Below are positions 1-17,280 of a stretch of 64,000 nt of DNA, in pieces. The notes under the pieces were generated by a model. It made no database searches. It was not told the DNA's origin and saw only the letters and a list, made by a program, of their open reading frames with translations. Source of the stretch: an uncultured Actinomycetota bacterium (GTDB lineage Bacteria > Actinomycetota > Actinomycetes > JAHEKZ01); contig CAVURN010000001.1 of assembly GCA_963743915.1 (NCBI GenBank), positions 192,001 through 256,000 on the forward strand. Reading direction: 5' to 3'. The position numbers and the translations under genes are program-made. The stretch's first letter is position 1; the number at the start of each line of letters is the position of its first letter.

Positions 1-274
1 GGAGCTGCTCACCATCAAGTCCGACGACGTCCTCGGTCGCGTCAAGGTGTACGAGGCGATCGTCAAGGGCGAGAACATCCCCGAGCCCGGCATCCCCGAG
101 TCCTTCAAGGTGCTCATCAAGGAGATGCAGTCGCTGTGCCTCAACGTCGAGGTGCTGTCCAGTGACGGGATCTCGATCGAGATGCGTGACACAGACGATG
201 AGGTCTTCCGCGCCGCGGAAGAGCTCGGCATCGACCTGTCCCGGCGTGAGCCGAGCAGCGTCGAAGAGGTCTGA
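1..274 (+). CDS. rpoB: RNA polymerase beta subunit, 3' end (partial)
   Basis: Frame from nt 2 reads [52 protein letters not shown]; lies directly upstream of rpoC. Confidence 0.98.
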   Translation, partial: ELLTIKSDDVLGRVKVYEAIVKGENIPEPGIPESFKVLIKEMQSLCLNVEVLSSDGISIEMRDTDDEVFRAAEELGIDLSRREPSSVEEV

Positions 275-359
275 GGTCCTGCCGGCGTGAGCATGCTCGC
301 GCCGGCCGGACCCCAGGCGGACCTGACGACGACTAGATCCAAGAAGGACTGGTAACCCC

Positions 360-4227
<3,868 letters not shown>

Positions 4228-4232
4228 CCAGC

Positions 4233-4278
4233 ACGCACGAGGGGCCCGGTTCCGTCTGGAGCCGGGCCCCTCGTGCGT
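4233..4278 (+). terminator. Hairpin terminator after rpoC
   Basis: ACGCACGAGGGGCCCGGTTCC-gtct-GGAGCCGGGCCCCTCGTGCGT, a 21-bp stem just after the stop. Confidence 0.85.
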
Positions 4279-4287
4279 CTGTCTCCA

Positions 4288-4348
4288 GTGGTGCGTTGCA
4301 CGCGATCCGGGGCCTGGTTCGGGTCTCGATCTGCATGCGGCGCACCAC
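4288..4348. repeat. Long imperfect palindrome (REP-like element)
   Basis: GTGGTGCGTTGCACGC-GATC...GATC-TGCATGCGGCGCACCAC folds into a long stem with G-U pairs. Confidence 0.6.
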
Positions 4349-4354
4349 TCGGCG

Positions 4355-4438
4355 GTCCACGGCGGCTTCTACGACGCGGCCTACTGGATGCGGGTCGCCC
4401 TCGATGAGATCGCGTTCCTCGGCCACCATCTCGCCTGA
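4355..4438 (+). pseudogene. 3' remnant of an esterase-like alpha/beta hydrolase gene
   Basis: Startless frame VHGGFYDAAYWMRVALDEIAFLGHHLA* resembles the H-x3-YW...FL-x2-HL C-terminus of putative esterases; codon usage looks coding. Confidence 0.4.
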
Positions 4439-4457
4439 GATCGCACTAGCCAGCACT

Positions 4458-4492
4458 AGGAAGGCCCGGCTCGTCTGGAGCCGGGCCTTCCT
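4458..4492. terminator. Second, diverged copy of the rpoC terminator hairpin
   Basis: AGGAAGGCCCGGCTC-gtctg-GAGCCGGGCCTTCCT, preceded by TAGCCAGCAC as at the rpoC stop; faces the convergent gene ending at 4505. Confidence 0.75.
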
Positions 4493-4504
4493 CATCAGGT
4501 CGTA

Positions 4505-5162
4505 CTAGTAGCGGGCTGCCCTCGCGTACTTCTCGAACTGTCGCGCGGTCAGCTTGCCGTTGATCTTGGGTCTGACGACGGTGGACTCGCGGTTGATGGA
4601 CCGGGTGACGATGAGCGCCCCGCCGGCCCTGCGGACCGCCAGAGCCTCGGCTCGCTTGACCTCGGTCTGCTCGGCCGAGGTGTAGATGGCCCACCTCAGC
4701 CGCATCTGCTTCACCTTCTTGAGGTACCTCGACGACACGGTCACCCGGTCGGGGAACTTGTACCCGAAGCTGGTCGCGTCACAGTTCAGATAGGTGCGCT
4801 TGAGGCGCTTGAAGGCCACCTTGCCGTCGTGGACTCGTCTGGTACTGCATGATCAGCGTGCGACCCCTGCGGTCACCCGCACGCCACTGCGCCTTGCGTG
4901 ACGCTGAGATCTTCTCGGTGCGGACGTACCCACACACCTCGACGTTGCCCTCGCCGCCGTTGCGGTAGAGAACCCTCGTGATGGCCGGGTCGATCCTCTT
5001 GATGACCTTCTTGGCGAGCCGGGCCTCGGCGACCGAGTCAGCCGGAAGGATGTGCCACGTCTTCTTGCCGGCGATGGCTGTGGTCGGAGCTAGTGTCGCG
5101 ACGAGCGCGGTGAGGATGATGATGACTGCGGCGCCGACGGCGCTGCGACTTGGCCTGAACAC
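4505..5162 (-). CDS. Secreted, very basic hypothetical protein, possibly PknH-like sensor fold (one +1 indel near 4832)
   Basis: ORF 4779-5162 has a signal peptide (AIA-G) and an SD; it joins ORF 4505-4819 as QYQT-x-HDGKVAFKRLKRTYLNC if one base is removed. Confidence 0.65.
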
Positions 5163-5278
5163 GAATTGGTCCCCTTTCCCCCATGCGGTGGGTCTTTCTT
5201 ATCACGGGCGGCACCGGCGCACCGGGGCCCTTGGTCCCGTCGGGGCCGGGCCGGACGCCATGGCGCACAATGACGACC

Positions 5279-5584
5279 ATGAGCGAGAGCCCGGACGGCG
5301 TCGACGTGCTGCAGGCCGGTGCCCTCGGCAGGCGTACCGAGGGCACCGCCGTGCTTGCCCTCGTGCTGGCCGTCGTCTCGTGGATCACCGTGCCCGTGCT
5401 GCTGGCTGTGGCCGCCCTGCTCGTGGCGCGGTCGGCGGAGCGCGCGATCGCAGCCGACCCCCAGGCCGGGGGTGCCGCGCTCGTCTCGGCGGCCCGCTGG
5501 GTCGCGTGGGTGCAGCTGCTGCTGGTGGGCATGGCGGCCACCTTCGTGGCCGCGTTCGTCCTCGCCCTGTGGGTGGTCCGGTGA
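5279..5584 (+). CDS. Small two-TM membrane protein (DUF4190-like)
   Basis: Two hydrophobic helices (AVLALVLAVVSWITVPVLLAVAALLVA and WVAWVQLLLVG...); -10-like CACAAT 7 nt before the ATG suggests a leaderless start. Confidence 0.7.
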   Translation: MSESPDGVDVLQAGALGRRTEGTAVLALVLAVVSWITVPVLLAVAALLVARSAERAIAADPQAGGAALVSAARWVAWVQLLLVGMAATFVAAFVLALWVVR

Positions 5585-5607
5585 GGCCGGGGACGGAGGG
5601 CCCCGTT

Positions 5608-5637
5608 TTGACCGGTTGCGGGGCCAGTCGGTAGGCT
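5608..5637 (+). promoter_or_regulatory. Housekeeping sigma (HrdB/SigA) promoter of the str operon
   Basis: TTGACC-N18-TAGGCT. Confidence 0.75.
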
Positions 5638-5795
5638 CAATCCCTGTGCCTGGGTGACACCAGGCTCCCGTGCGTGCCCGCACGTCTCACGGAGTGGCCC
5701 TCGTTGGCGGGAGCCCCTTCGGTGGAGACCGCAGGGCCTCGCATGGTCCCACGTACCGACCCTCCGACTTCGGGTGTCCGTGCTGCGCAAGCGGT

Positions 5796-5821
5796 GCGAC
5801 ACACCCGGCCGCGGGGGTGGG
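5796..5821 (+). promoter_or_regulatory. Conserved leader module, copy 1 (rpsL leader), GACACACC core
   Basis: GCGACACACCCGGCCGCGGGGGTGGG, 25/26 identical to 10357-10382. Confidence 0.7.
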
Positions 5822-5881
5822 GCGCCCCGCCGGGACGCCTCGCCAGCAGCAGTCCGACGACCGAACGGGAAACACGCACCG

Positions 5882-6256
5882 GTGCCTACGATCCAGCAGC
5901 TGGTCCGCAAGGGCCGCAAGGACAAGGTCGGCAAGACCAAGACGCCCGCCCTGAAGGGCAGCCCGCAGCGCCGTGGCGTCTGCACGCGCGTCTACACGAC
6001 CACCCCGAAGAAGCCGAACTCGGCGCTGCGCAAGGTGGCCCGCGTCCGCCTGACCTCCGGGATCGAGGTCACCGCCTACATCCCCGGGGTCGGTCACAAC
6101 CTGCAGGAGCACTCGATCGTGCTCGTCCGCGGGGGCCGCGTCAAAGACCTCCCTGGCGTGCGGTACAAGATCATCCGTGGGGCGCTCGACACCCAGGGCG
6201 TGAAGAACCGCAAGCAGGCCCGCAGCCGCTACGGCGCGAAGAAGGAGAAGAGCTAA
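5882..6256 (+). CDS. rpsL: 30S ribosomal protein S12
   Basis: [12 protein letters not shown]...[19 protein letters not shown]...[12 protein letters not shown]. Confidence 0.99.
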   Translation: MPTIQQLVRKGRKDKVGKTKTPALKGSPQRRGVCTRVYTTTPKKPNSALRKVARVRLTSGIEVTAYIPGVGHNLQEHSIVLVRGGRVKDLPGVRYKIIRGALDTQGVKNRKQARSRYGAKKEKS

Positions 6257-6726
6257 TGCCCCGCAAGGGCCCAGCCCCGAAGCACCCGGTCGTCGCCGAC
6301 CCGGTCTACAACAACCCGATCGTCACTGCTCTGATCAACAAGATCCTGGTCGACGGCAAGCGCTCGACCGCGCAGAAGATCGTGTACGGAGCCCTCGAGG
6401 GCTGCCGTGCCAAGACGGGTACCGACCCGGTCGTCACGCTCAAGCGGGCCCTGGACAACGTCAAGCCCACCCTCGAGGTCCGCAGCCGCCGCGTGGGCGG
6501 TGCCACCTACCAGGTGCCGGTCGAGGTCAAGCCCGGCCGCAGCACCACCCTCGCCATCCGTTGGCTCGTCATGTACTCGCGCCAGCGTCGTGAGAAGACC
6601 ATGACCGAGCGCCTCATGAACGAGCTGCTGGACGCGTCCAACGGCCTCGGCGCCTCGGTGAAGCGTCGCGAGGACACCCACAAGATGGCCGAGTCCAACA
6701 AGGCCTTCGCGCACTACCGCTGGTAG
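6256..6726 (+). CDS. rpsG: 30S ribosomal protein S7
   Basis: [12 protein letters not shown]...[14 protein letters not shown]...NKAFAHYRW; TAATG coupling to rpsL. Confidence 0.99.
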   Translation: MPRKGPAPKHPVVADPVYNNPIVTALINKILVDGKRSTAQKIVYGALEGCRAKTGTDPVVTLKRALDNVKPTLEVRSRRVGGATYQVPVEVKPGRSTTLAIRWLVMYSRQRREKTMTERLMNELLDASNGLGASVKRREDTHKMAESNKAFAHYRW

Positions 6727-6787
6727 GCCGCCACCCTGGCAGCCGGCCCCCGCCCCTGATCCACTCGACCGACGGAGATCTGCGACC

Positions 6788-8890
<2,103 letters not shown>

Positions 8891-8963
8891 CGACCACAGT
8901 TCACCCACCCCATCCAGACCTACGTCGAACGGCGTAAGAAAACCAGTCCAGAGGAGGACTCCA

Positions 8964-10157
8964 GTGGCGAAGGCCAAGTTCGAGCGGACCAAGCCGCACG
9001 TCAACATTGGCACCATTGGCCACATCGACCACGGTAAGACGACTCTGACCGCGGCGATCACCAAGGTGCTGCACGACAAGTACCCCGACCTCAACCCCTT
9101 CACGCCGTTCGACCAGATCGACAAGGCCCCTGAAGAGCGCGAGCGCGGGATCACCATCTCGATCGCTCACGTCGAGTACCAGACCGAGAACCGGCACTAC
9201 GCGCACGTCGACTGCCCCGGTCACGCCGACTACATCAAGAACATGATCACCGGCGCGGCTCAGATGGACGGGGCGATCCTCGTGGTTGCCGCGACCGACG
9301 GCCCCATGCCGCAGACCAAGGAGCACGTCCTCCTGGCCCGCCAGGTGGGCGTCCCCTCGATCGTCGTGGCGCTCAACAAGTCCGACATGGTCGACGACGA
9401 GGAGATCCTCGAGCTCGTCGAGCTGGAGGTTCGCGAGCTCCTCAGCGAGTACGAGTACCCGGGCGACGACATCCCGATCGTGCGCGTCTCGGCGCTGAAG
9501 GCGCTCGAGGGCGACGCCGAGTGGGGCGACAAGCTCATGGAGCTGATGAACGCGGTCGACGAGTCGATCCCCACCCCGGTCCGGGAGACCGAGAAGCCCT
9601 TCCTCATGCCCGTCGAGGACGTGTTCACGATCACCGGTCGCGGCACGGTCGTCACCGGCCGGATCGAGCGCGGCATCGTCAAGGTCAACGAGGACGTCGA
9701 GATCGTCGGCATCCGGCCGGAGAGCACCAAGACGACGGTCACCGGCATCGAGATGTTCCGCAAGCTGCTCGACGAGGGTCAGGCCGGTGAGAACGTCGGC
9801 CTGCTCATCCGTGGCATCAAGCGTGAGGACGTCGAGCGCGGCCAGGTCGTCGTGAAGCCCGGCACCACCACCCCGCACACCAACTTCGAGGCGAACGTGT
9901 ACATCCTCTCGAAGGACGAGGGCGGTCGGCACACGCCGTTCTTCAACAACTACCGTCCGCAGTTCTACTTCCGCACCACGGACGTCACCGGTGTGGTGAC
10001 CCTCCCCGAGGGCACCGAGATGGTCATGCCGGGCGACAACACCGAGATGTCGGTCGAGCTGATCCAGCCCATCGCCATGGACGAGGGTCTGCGGTTCGCC
10101 ATCCGCGAGGGTGGACGCACCGTCGGCGCCGGCCGGGTGACCAAGATCATCAAGTAG
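8964..10157 (+). CDS. tuf: Elongation factor Tu
   Basis: [35 protein letters not shown]; SD GGAGGA. Confidence 0.99.
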   Translation: MAKAKFERTKPHVNIGTIGHIDHGKTTLTAAITKVLHDKYPDLNPFTPFDQIDKAPEERERGITISIAHVEYQTENRHYAHVDCPGHADYIKNMITGAAQMDGAILVVAATDGPMPQTKEHVLLARQVGVPSIVVALNKSDMVDDEEILELVELEVRELLSEYEYPGDDIPIVRVSALKALEGDAEWGDKLMELMNAVDESIPTPVRETEKPFLMPVEDVFTITGRGTVVTGRIERGIVKVNEDVEIVGIRPESTKTTVTGIEMFRKLLDEGQAGENVGLLIRGIKREDVERGQVVVKPGTTTPHTNFEANVYILSKDEGGRHTPFFNNYRPQFYFRTTDVTGVVTLPEGTEMVMPGDNTEMSVELIQPIAMDEGLRFAIREGGRTVGAGRVTKIIK

Positions 10158-10356
10158 GCAATTCGCTCTACCCAGCCCCTTGGGGCTATCCTGTCCAGGT
10201 TGCTTGGGCAGGGTCCGGGCCTGACTGGTCGGTCGCGAGACCGACCGGGGCCCGGACCCTGACCCGGCGCCCGGCACCCGCCGGGCTCCGAACCCCCCGT
10301 CCCGAACCCTCCGGCCCTCCCGGCTGAAGGTCGTGGGACGTCTGTGTGCGCAGGCC

Positions 10357-10382
10357 GCGACACACCCGACCGCGGGGGTGGG
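10357..10382 (+). promoter_or_regulatory. Conserved leader module, copy 2 (rpsJ leader), GACACACC core
   Basis: GCGACACACCCGACCGCGGGGGTGGG inside a structured leader of about 280 nt, downstream of -10-like TATCCT (10187-10192). Confidence 0.7.
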
Positions 10383-10471
10383 AGCATTCGAGCAGGGCGA
10401 CACCCGTCGTCCGCGCTCACCGGCTGCCAGCAGCGGCACCCACGGCTAAGAGAAGGATTTCGGGAAACGAC

Positions 10472-10780
10472 ATGGCGGGACAGAAGATCCGCATCCGGCT
10501 GAAGGCGTATGACCACGAGGTCATCGACTCCTCGGCCCGGAAGATCGTCGAGACGGCCACCCGCACGGGTGCGCAGGTCGCCGGACCGGTGCCGTTGCCG
10601 ACGGAGAAGAACGTCTTCGTCGTCATCCGGTCGCCGCACAAGTACAAGGACAGCCGCGAGCACTTCGAGATGCGCACGCACAAGCGGCTGATCGACATCA
10701 TCGACCCGACGCCGAAGACCGTCGACTCGCTCATGCGACTCGATCTTCCGGCGGGCGTCGACATCGAGATCAAGCTCTAG
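10472..10780 (+). CDS. rpsJ: 30S ribosomal protein S10
   Basis: [19 protein letters not shown]...[23 protein letters not shown]. Confidence 0.99.
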   Translation: MAGQKIRIRLKAYDHEVIDSSARKIVETATRTGAQVAGPVPLPTEKNVFVVIRSPHKYKDSREHFEMRTHKRLIDIIDPTPKTVDSLMRLDLPAGVDIEIKL

Positions 10781-10794
10781 AGGGACGCGGAAGC

Positions 10795-11445
10795 ATGACT
10801 AAGAACGTGAAGGGAATCCTGGGCGAGAAGCTCGGGATGACCCAGGTCTGGGACGAGAACAACAAGGTCGTCCCCGTGACCGTCGTCAAGGCTGGGCCCT
10901 GTGTGGTCACCCAGGTGCGCTCGGCCGACGTCGACGGGTACTCCGCCGTCCAGCTCGGGTTCGGCCAGATCGACCCGCGCAAGGTCAACAAGCCCGAGGC
11001 CGGGCACTACGCGAAGGCCGGAGTGACCCCTCGACGTCATCTGGTCGAGCTGCGCACCGACGACGCGTCGGAGTACACGGTGGGCCAGGAGCTCGGTCCG
11101 GACGTCTTCGAGGCGGGTCAGACCGTCGACGTGGCAGGCACGTCGAAGGGCAAGGGCTTCGCCGGGACGATGAAGCGCCACAACTTCAAGGGCGTGAGCG
11201 CCAGCCACGGTGCGCACCGCAACCACCGCAAGCCCGGGTCCATCGGCGCCGGCTCCACACCGAGCCGCGTCTTCAAGGGTCTGAAGATGTCCGGCCGCAT
11301 GGGTGGTGACTCGGTGACCACCCAGAACCTGACCGTGCACGCCGTCGACACCGACAAGGGACTGCTCCTGATCAAGGGCGCCATTCCCGGGTCCGTGGGC
11401 AGCCTCGTCTTCGTCAAGACAGCCGCGAAGGGAGCCGGCCAGTGA
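10795..11445 (+). CDS. rplC: 50S ribosomal protein L3
   Basis: [29 protein letters not shown]. Confidence 0.99.
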   Translation: MTKNVKGILGEKLGMTQVWDENNKVVPVTVVKAGPCVVTQVRSADVDGYSAVQLGFGQIDPRKVNKPEAGHYAKAGVTPRRHLVELRTDDASEYTVGQELGPDVFEAGQTVDVAGTSKGKGFAGTMKRHNFKGVSASHGAHRNHRKPGSIGAGSTPSRVFKGLKMSGRMGGDSVTTQNLTVHAVDTDKGLLLIKGAIPGSVGSLVFVKTAAKGAGQ

Positions 11446-12158
11446 CCACTCTCGACGTCACGACCCCCGCAGGCAGCAAGGCGGGCACCGTCGACCTCCC
11501 GGCCGAGGTGTTCGACGTACAGGTGAACATCCCGCTGATCCACCAGGTGGTCGTCGCCCAGCTCGCTGCCGCACGTCAGGGCACGCACTCGACCAAGACC
11601 CGCGGCGAGGTCGCCGGCGGTGGCCGCAAGCCCTACCGCCAGAAAGGCACCGGTCGCGCTCGCCAGGGCTCCATCCGGGCCCCCCAGTTCGCCGGTGGTG
11701 GTGTGGTGCACGGCCCCACGCCTCGCAGCTACGAGCAGCGCACTCCCAAGAAGATGAAGGTGGCTGCCCTGCGCGGCGCCCTCTCGGACCGGGCACGCGA
11801 CGGTCGGGTGCACGTCGTCAGCGCGGTCGTCGACGGTGAGACTCCCTCGACCAAGGCGGCAGCGGCGACGATCGAGCGGCTGTCGAGCCGCAAGAACGTG
11901 CTGGTGGTGCTCGAGCGCGGCAACGACGTCGCCTGGCTCAGCCTGCGCAACCTGGTCAACATCCACATCGTCACCCCTGACCAGCTCAACACGTACGACG
12001 TCCTCGTCAGCGACGACGTGGTGTTCACCCAAGCTGCGCTCGAGGCGCTGTTGGCCGGCCCCGTCCGTGGCAAGTCGGCGAAGGCCGTGGCGACCTCGAC
12101 CGAGGTGGCGCACGCCGAGCCTGTGGACGAGACAGCTGATGAGGAGGCCCCGGCATGA
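11442..12158 (+). CDS. rplD: 50S ribosomal protein L4
   Basis: [33 protein letters not shown]. Confidence 0.99.
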   Translation: MTTLDVTTPAGSKAGTVDLPAEVFDVQVNIPLIHQVVVAQLAAARQGTHSTKTRGEVAGGGRKPYRQKGTGRARQGSIRAPQFAGGGVVHGPTPRSYEQRTPKKMKVAALRGALSDRARDGRVHVVSAVVDGETPSTKAAAATIERLSSRKNVLVVLERGNDVAWLSLRNLVNIHIVTPDQLNTYDVLVSDDVVFTQAALEALLAGPVRGKSAKAVATSTEVAHAEPVDETADEEAPA

Positions 12159-12463
12159 CCGCCGCCGTCCAGAAGGACCCACGCGACGTCCTGCTCAAGC
12201 CGGTGATCTCGGAGAAGAGCTACGGCCTGCTCGACGAGAACAAGTACACCTTCGAGGTGCACCCCGACTCCAACAAGACCGAGATCAAGATCGCGGTCGA
12301 GAAGGTCTTCGGGGTCACCGTCACCAGCGTCAACACCCTCAACCGGCAGGGCAAGCAGCGTCGGACGCGCTTCGGCATGGGTAAGCGCAAGAACACCAAG
12401 CGAGCCATCGTCACCGTGGCACCCGGTGACCGCATCGACATCTTCGGCGGTCCGGTCTCCTGA
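12155..12463 (+). CDS. rplW: 50S ribosomal protein L23
   Basis: PVISEKSY...[15 protein letters not shown]. Confidence 0.99.
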   Translation: MTAAVQKDPRDVLLKPVISEKSYGLLDENKYTFEVHPDSNKTEIKIAVEKVFGVTVTSVNTLNRQGKQRRTRFGMGKRKNTKRAIVTVAPGDRIDIFGGPVS

Positions 12464-12493
12464 CCGGCCAGAGACAAGGACTGAGAACGAGTC

Positions 12494-13327
12494 ATGGGAA
12501 TCCGTAAGTACAAGCCGACAACGCCGGGCCGTCGTGGCTCGAGCGTGGCCGACTTCGTCGAGGTCACCCGCTCCGAGCCGGAGAAGTCGCTCGTGCGTCC
12601 GCTGCCCAAGAAGGGTGGCCGCAACGCGTCGGGCCGCATCACCGCCCGCCACCAGGGTGGTGGGCACAAGCGCGCCTACCGCGTCATCGACTTCCGGCGC
12701 GCCGACAAGGACGGCGTCCCGGCGAAGGTCGCGCACATCGAGTACGACCCCAACCGGACCGCACGGATCGCGCTCCTGCACTACGCCGACGGTGAGAAGC
12801 GCTACATCCTGGCGCCGAACAAGCTCAAGCAGGGCGACACCGTCGAGAACGGCGCCAGCGCCGACATCAAGCCGGGCAACTCGCTGCCTCTGCGCAACAT
12901 CCCGGTCGGCACCGTGGTGCACGCCGTCGAGCTTCGCCCGGGAGGCGGCGCCAAGCTGGCTCGCTCCGCCGGCTCGAGCATCCAGCTCGTCGCCAAGGAG
13001 GGGCCCTACGCACAGCTGCGTCTGCCGTCCGGTGAGATCCGCAACGTCGACGTGCGCTCCCGCGCCACCGTCGGCGAGGTGGGCAACGCCGAGCAGTCGA
13101 ACATCAACTGGGGCAAGGCCGGTCGTATGCGCTGGAAGGGCAAGCGCCCGACCGTGCGCGGTGTGGCCATGAACCCGGTCGACCACCCGCACGGTGGTGG
13201 TGAGGGCAAGACCTCCGGGGGTCGCCACCCGGTCTCGCCGTGGGGCCAGCCCGAGGGTCGAACCCGTCAAAAGGGCAAGGCCAGCGACAAGTACATCGTC
13301 CGCCGCCGCAAGAACAAGAAGCGCTAG
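12494..13327 (+). CDS. rplB: 50S ribosomal protein L2
   Basis: [31 protein letters not shown]. Confidence 0.99.
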   Translation: MGIRKYKPTTPGRRGSSVADFVEVTRSEPEKSLVRPLPKKGGRNASGRITARHQGGGHKRAYRVIDFRRADKDGVPAKVAHIEYDPNRTARIALLHYADGEKRYILAPNKLKQGDTVENGASADIKPGNSLPLRNIPVGTVVHAVELRPGGGAKLARSAGSSIQLVAKEGPYAQLRLPSGEIRNVDVRSRATVGEVGNAEQSNINWGKAGRMRWKGKRPTVRGVAMNPVDHPHGGGEGKTSGGRHPVSPWGQPEGRTRQKGKASDKYIVRRRKNKKR

Positions 13328-13339
13328 GAGTCACCACCG

Positions 13340-13621
13340 ATGCCGCGCAGTCTGAAGAAGGGTCCCTTCGTGGACGACCACCTCGCCAAGAAGGTGGACG
13401 CCCAGAACGAGGCAGGCACCCGCAACGTCATCAAGACGTGGTCCCGGCGCTCGATGATCGTGCCGTCCATGATCGGGCACACGATCGCCGTGCACGACGG
13501 CCGCAAGCACGTGCCGGTGTTCATCACCGACGCGATGGTCGGTCACAAGCTCGGTGAGTTCGCGCCCACCCGTACCTTCCGTGGTCACGAGAAGGACGAC
13601 CGGAAGGGTCGACGTCGCTGA
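13340..13621 (+). CDS. rpsS: 30S ribosomal protein S19
   Basis: [12 protein letters not shown]...[11 protein letters not shown]. Confidence 0.99.
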   Translation: MPRSLKKGPFVDDHLAKKVDAQNEAGTRNVIKTWSRRSMIVPSMIGHTIAVHDGRKHVPVFITDAMVGHKLGEFAPTRTFRGHEKDDRKGRRR

Positions 13622-13998
13622 TGCCTACGACTCCCACGACGCTCAGTGCCCGCAGCACCGCGAGGTTCGTCCGGATCACGCCGCAGAAGGCGCGCCGCAT
13701 GGTCGACCTGATCCGTGGCCTGCCCGCGGCTGAGGCGCAGACCGTTCTGCGTTTCGCCCCCCAGGCCGCCAGCGAGCCGGTGGGCAAGGTCCTTGCCTCC
13801 GCGATCGCCAACGCCGAGAACAACCACGGCATGAACACCGATGCGCTCGTCGTCAGTGCCGCCTACGTCGACGAGGGCCCGACGCTCAAGCGGTTCCGCC
13901 CTCGGGCTCAGGGCCGGGCGTACCGCATCCGCAAGCGCACCAGTCACATCACCGTCGTCGTGTCCGAGGACACGACGCCTGCAGGAAAGAAGGGCTGA
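13621..13998 (+). CDS. rplV: 50S ribosomal protein L22
   Basis: [30 protein letters not shown]. Confidence 0.99.
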   Translation: MPTTPTTLSARSTARFVRITPQKARRMVDLIRGLPAAEAQTVLRFAPQAASEPVGKVLASAIANAENNHGMNTDALVVSAAYVDEGPTLKRFRPRAQGRAYRIRKRTSHITVVVSEDTTPAGKKG

Positions 13999-14000
13999 CC

Positions 14001-14813
14001 GTGGGTCAGAAGGTCAACCCGCACGGGTTCCGTCTCGGCATCACCTCCGAGTACACCTCGCGGTGGTACGCCGACAAGGGCTACAAGGACTACATCAAGG
14101 AGGATGTGGCCATCCGCCGCATGCTCTCCACCGGCATGGAGCGGGCCGGCATCAGCCGGGTCGACATCGAGCGCACGCGTGACCGCGTCCGGGTCGACAT
14201 CCACACCGCGCGCCCGGGCATCGTCATCGGCCGCCGCGGCGCCGAGGCCGACCGCATCCGTGGCGACCTCGAGAAGCTCACGGGCAAGCAGGTGCAGCTG
14301 AACATCCTCGAGGTGAAGAACCCAGAGATCGACGCGCAGCTGGTGGCCCAGGGTGTGGCTGAGCAGCTCTCGAGCCGTGTCTCGTTCCGCCGCGCCATGC
14401 GCAAGGCGATCCAGAGCGCGATGAAGGCCGGCGCCAAGGGCATCCGCGTGCAGGTCAGCGGTCGGCTCGGAGGCGCGGAGATGTCCCGCACCGAGTTCTA
14501 CCGCGAGGGCCGCGTCCCGCTGCACACGCTGCGAGCCGACATCGACTACGGCTTCTACGAGGCGCGCACCACGTTCGGCCGGATCGGCGTGAAGGTGTGG
14601 ATCTACAAGGGGGACGTCACCGGCTCCCGCGCCGAGCGCGAGGCGGCCGCGGCCGCTGCTCGGATCAGCCAGCGCGGTGCGCGTCCGGCGCGCGGCACCC
14701 GTCCCGCGTCCCGCGGTCGCGAGGACGCCCCGGTCGCCGAGACTCCCGCCGAGGCTCCGGTTGCGGCTCCGGCCGCGACCCCAGCCACCGACGAGACCCC
14801 GACGGAGGCCTAG
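14001..14813 (+). CDS. rpsC: 30S ribosomal protein S3
   Basis: [13 protein letters not shown]...[14 protein letters not shown]. Confidence 0.99.
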   Translation: MGQKVNPHGFRLGITSEYTSRWYADKGYKDYIKEDVAIRRMLSTGMERAGISRVDIERTRDRVRVDIHTARPGIVIGRRGAEADRIRGDLEKLTGKQVQLNILEVKNPEIDAQLVAQGVAEQLSSRVSFRRAMRKAIQSAMKAGAKGIRVQVSGRLGGAEMSRTEFYREGRVPLHTLRADIDYGFYEARTTFGRIGVKVWIYKGDVTGSRAEREAAAAAARISQRGARPARGTRPASRGREDAPVAETPAEAPVAAPAATPATDETPTEA

Positions 14814-14816
14814 ACC

Positions 14817-15236
14817 ATGCTCATTCCACGACGGGTCAAGCACCGCAAGCAGCACCACCCCTCGCGACGCGGCGTCGCCAAGGGCGGCACCAAGGTGACC
14901 TTCGGCGAGTACGGCATCCAGGCGCTCGAACCGGGCTACATCACCAACCGGCAGATCGAGGCGGCCCGAATCGCCATCACCCGCGCCATCCGGCGTGGCG
15001 GGAAGGTGTGGATCAACATCTACCCGGATCGTCCCCTGACCAAGAAGCCTGCGGAGACCCGCATGGGGTCCGGCAAGGGCTCACCGGAGTGGTGGATCGC
15101 CAACGTCAAGCCCGGTCGCGTCATGTTCGAGCTGTCCGGCGTGCCCGAGCCGCTGGCTCGACAGGCCATGCAGCGGGCGCAGCACAAGCTGCCGATCAAG
15201 ACCCGCTTCGTCAAGCGTGAGGCAGGTGAGCTCTGA
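14817..15236 (+). CDS. rplP: 50S ribosomal protein L16
   Basis: [13 protein letters not shown]...[12 protein letters not shown]. Confidence 0.99.
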   Translation: MLIPRRVKHRKQHHPSRRGVAKGGTKVTFGEYGIQALEPGYITNRQIEAARIAITRAIRRGGKVWINIYPDRPLTKKPAETRMGSGKGSPEWWIANVKPGRVMFELSGVPEPLARQAMQRAQHKLPIKTRFVKREAGEL

Positions 15237-15472
15237 TGGCAGTCGGAACCGCTGCGACGGAGTACCGCGGCCTGGAGACCGAAGAGCTGGTCGAGAAGCT
15301 GGGGGAGGCCAAGGAGGAGTTGTTCAACCTCCGCTTCCAGGCTGCCACGGGGCAGCTGGAGAACCACGGACGCCTTCAGGCCGTCCGTAAGGACATCGCC
15401 CGCATCTACACGGTGCTGCGCGAGCGTGAGCTCGGCATCACCTCGGTCGAGACACCGGAGGGTGCGGCATGA
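15236..15472 (+). CDS. rpmC: 50S ribosomal protein L29
   Basis: [22 protein letters not shown]. Confidence 0.98.
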   Translation: MAVGTAATEYRGLETEELVEKLGEAKEELFNLRFQAATGQLENHGRLQAVRKDIARIYTVLRERELGITSVETPEGAA

Positions 15473-15750
15473 GTGATCAGAAGGCGAGCATGAGCGAGCA
15501 GCGTTCCGCGCGCAAGGTCCGAGAGGGCCTCGTGGTCAGCGACAAGATGGACAAGACCGTGGTCGTCGCGGTCGAGGACCGTGTCAAGCACCCGCTCTAC
15601 GGCAAGGTCGTGCGGCGCACGAACAAGCTCAAGGCGCACGACGAGAGCAACTCGGCCGGCGTCGGTGACCGCGTGCTGCTGATGGAGACCCGCCCGCTGA
15701 GCAGGTCGAAGCGCTGGCGCCTGGTCGAGATCCTCGAGAAGGCGAAGTAG
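15469..15750 (+). CDS. rpsQ: 30S ribosomal protein S17
   Basis: [14 protein letters not shown]...[11 protein letters not shown]. Confidence 0.99.
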   Translation: MSDQKASMSEQRSARKVREGLVVSDKMDKTVVVAVEDRVKHPLYGKVVRRTNKLKAHDESNSAGVGDRVLLMETRPLSRSKRWRLVEILEKAK

Positions 15751-15762
15751 GGAGAAGCTGAC

Positions 15763-16131
15763 GTGATCCAGCAGGAGTCGCGGCTGAAGGTCGCCGACAA
15801 CACTGGTGCCAAGGAGATCTTGTGCATCCGTGTCCTCGGTGGCTCCGGTCGACGCTACGCGGGAATCGGCGACATCATCGTCGCCACGGTCAAGGACGCG
15901 ATCCCCGGTGGCAACGTGAAGAAGGGCGAGGTCGTCAAGGCTGTCGTCGTGCGCACCGCCAAGGAGCGCCGTCGGCCGGACGGTTCCTACATCAAGTTCG
16001 ACGAGAACGCCGCGGTCATCATCAAGGACGGTGGTGACCCGCGCGGCACGCGCATCTTCGGCCCGGTCGGCCGTGAGCTGCGCGACAAGCGCTTCATGCG
16101 GATCATCTCGCTGGCACCGGAGGTGCTCTAG
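15763..16131 (+). CDS. rplN: 50S ribosomal protein L14
   Basis: [17 protein letters not shown]...IISLAPEVL. Confidence 0.99.
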   Translation: MIQQESRLKVADNTGAKEILCIRVLGGSGRRYAGIGDIIVATVKDAIPGGNVKKGEVVKAVVVRTAKERRRPDGSYIKFDENAAVIIKDGGDPRGTRIFGPVGRELRDKRFMRIISLAPEVL

Positions 16132-16133
16132 AC

Positions 16134-16457
16134 ATGCACGTCAAGAAGGGCGACACCGTCATGGTGATCGCAGGCAAGGACAAGGGCGCCGTCGGCAAGG
16201 TGATCGCGGCCATCCCGACGCAGGACCGCGTCATCGTCGAGGGCGTCAACCTGGTCAAGAAGCACACCAAGATCGGCCAGACCAGCCGCGGCGCCAAGAC
16301 CGGCGGCATCATCACCCAAGAGGCATCGATCCACGTGTCGAACGTGCTGCCGGTCGTCAAGGTCGACGGCAAGGACGTCCCGACCCGGGTCGGCTACCGC
16401 GTGGACGAGGACGGCACGAAGGTCCGGATCGCCAAGCGAACCAACGAGGAGCTCTGA
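16134..16457 (+). CDS. rplX: 50S ribosomal protein L24
   Basis: [18 protein letters not shown] motif. Confidence 0.99.
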   Translation: MHVKKGDTVMVIAGKDKGAVGKVIAAIPTQDRVIVEGVNLVKKHTKIGQTSRGAKTGGIITQEASIHVSNVLPVVKVDGKDVPTRVGYRVDEDGTKVRIAKRTNEEL

Positions 16458-16458
16458 C

Positions 16459-17037
16459 ATGACGACCACTGACAGCTCCTTGGACGCACCAGCAGTGCCC
16501 CGGCTGAAGCAGCGCTACCGCGACGAGATCGTCCCCGCTCTCCGCGAGGAGTTCGGCTACAGCAACGTCATGCAGGTGCCCGGGGTCACGAAGGTCGTCG
16601 TGAACATGGGTGTGGGAGACGCGGCCCGCGACTCCAAGCTCATCGAAGGCGCGATCCGCGACCTCGCGACGATCACCGGTCAGCGTCCCGCGGTCACCAA
16701 GGCCCGCAAGTCGATCGCACAGTTCAAGCTGCGTGAGGGAATGCCGATCGGTGCCCACACGACGCTTCGCGGGGACTACATGTGGGAGTTCCTCGACCGT
16801 CTGCTGTCGGTCGCGCTGCCCCGCATCCGTGACTTCCGCGGCCTGTCGCCCAAGCAGTTCGACGGCAAGGGCAACTACACCTTCGGTCTCAACGAACAGA
16901 GCATGTTCCACGAGATCGATCAGGACTCGATCGACCGGGTCCGCGGCATGGACATCACCGTGGTGACCACCGCCACGACCGACGACGAGGGGCGCGCCTT
17001 GCTGCGCGCTCTCGGCTTCCCCTTCAAGGAGAACTGA
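16459..17037 (+). CDS. rplE: 50S ribosomal protein L5
   Basis: [20 protein letters not shown]. Confidence 0.99.
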   Translation: MTTTDSSLDAPAVPRLKQRYRDEIVPALREEFGYSNVMQVPGVTKVVVNMGVGDAARDSKLIEGAIRDLATITGQRPAVTKARKSIAQFKLREGMPIGAHTTLRGDYMWEFLDRLLSVALPRIRDFRGLSPKQFDGKGNYTFGLNEQSMFHEIDQDSIDRVRGMDITVVTTATTDDEGRALLRALGFPFKEN

Positions 17038-17039
17038 GC

Positions 17040-17225
17040 GTGGCCAAGAAGGCGCTAGTCAACAAGGCGGCCCGCAAGCCGAAGTTCGGTGTGCGCGCCT
17101 ACACACGGTGCAGCGTGTGCGGTCGCCCGCACTCGGTGTACCGCAAGTTCGGTCTCTGCCGCGTGTGCCTGCGCAACATGGCGCACCGTGGCGAGCTTCC
17201 CGGCGTCACCAAGAGCAGCTGGTAA
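17040..17225 (+). CDS. rpsN: 30S ribosomal protein S14, zinc-binding (type Z)
   Basis: 61 aa, CSVC...CRVC. Confidence 0.98.
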   Translation: MAKKALVNKAARKPKFGVRAYTRCSVCGRPHSVYRKFGLCRVCLRNMAHRGELPGVTKSSW

Positions 17226-17280
17226 CACCCATCCCCACGCCGTAGGTCCGCGGAAACCGCGGCGAGAGAGAGCACACACC

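Noticed and set aside
5882-6256. Streptomycin-resistance substitutions in S12
   Set aside because: The PKKPNS and RVKDLPG motifs are wild type
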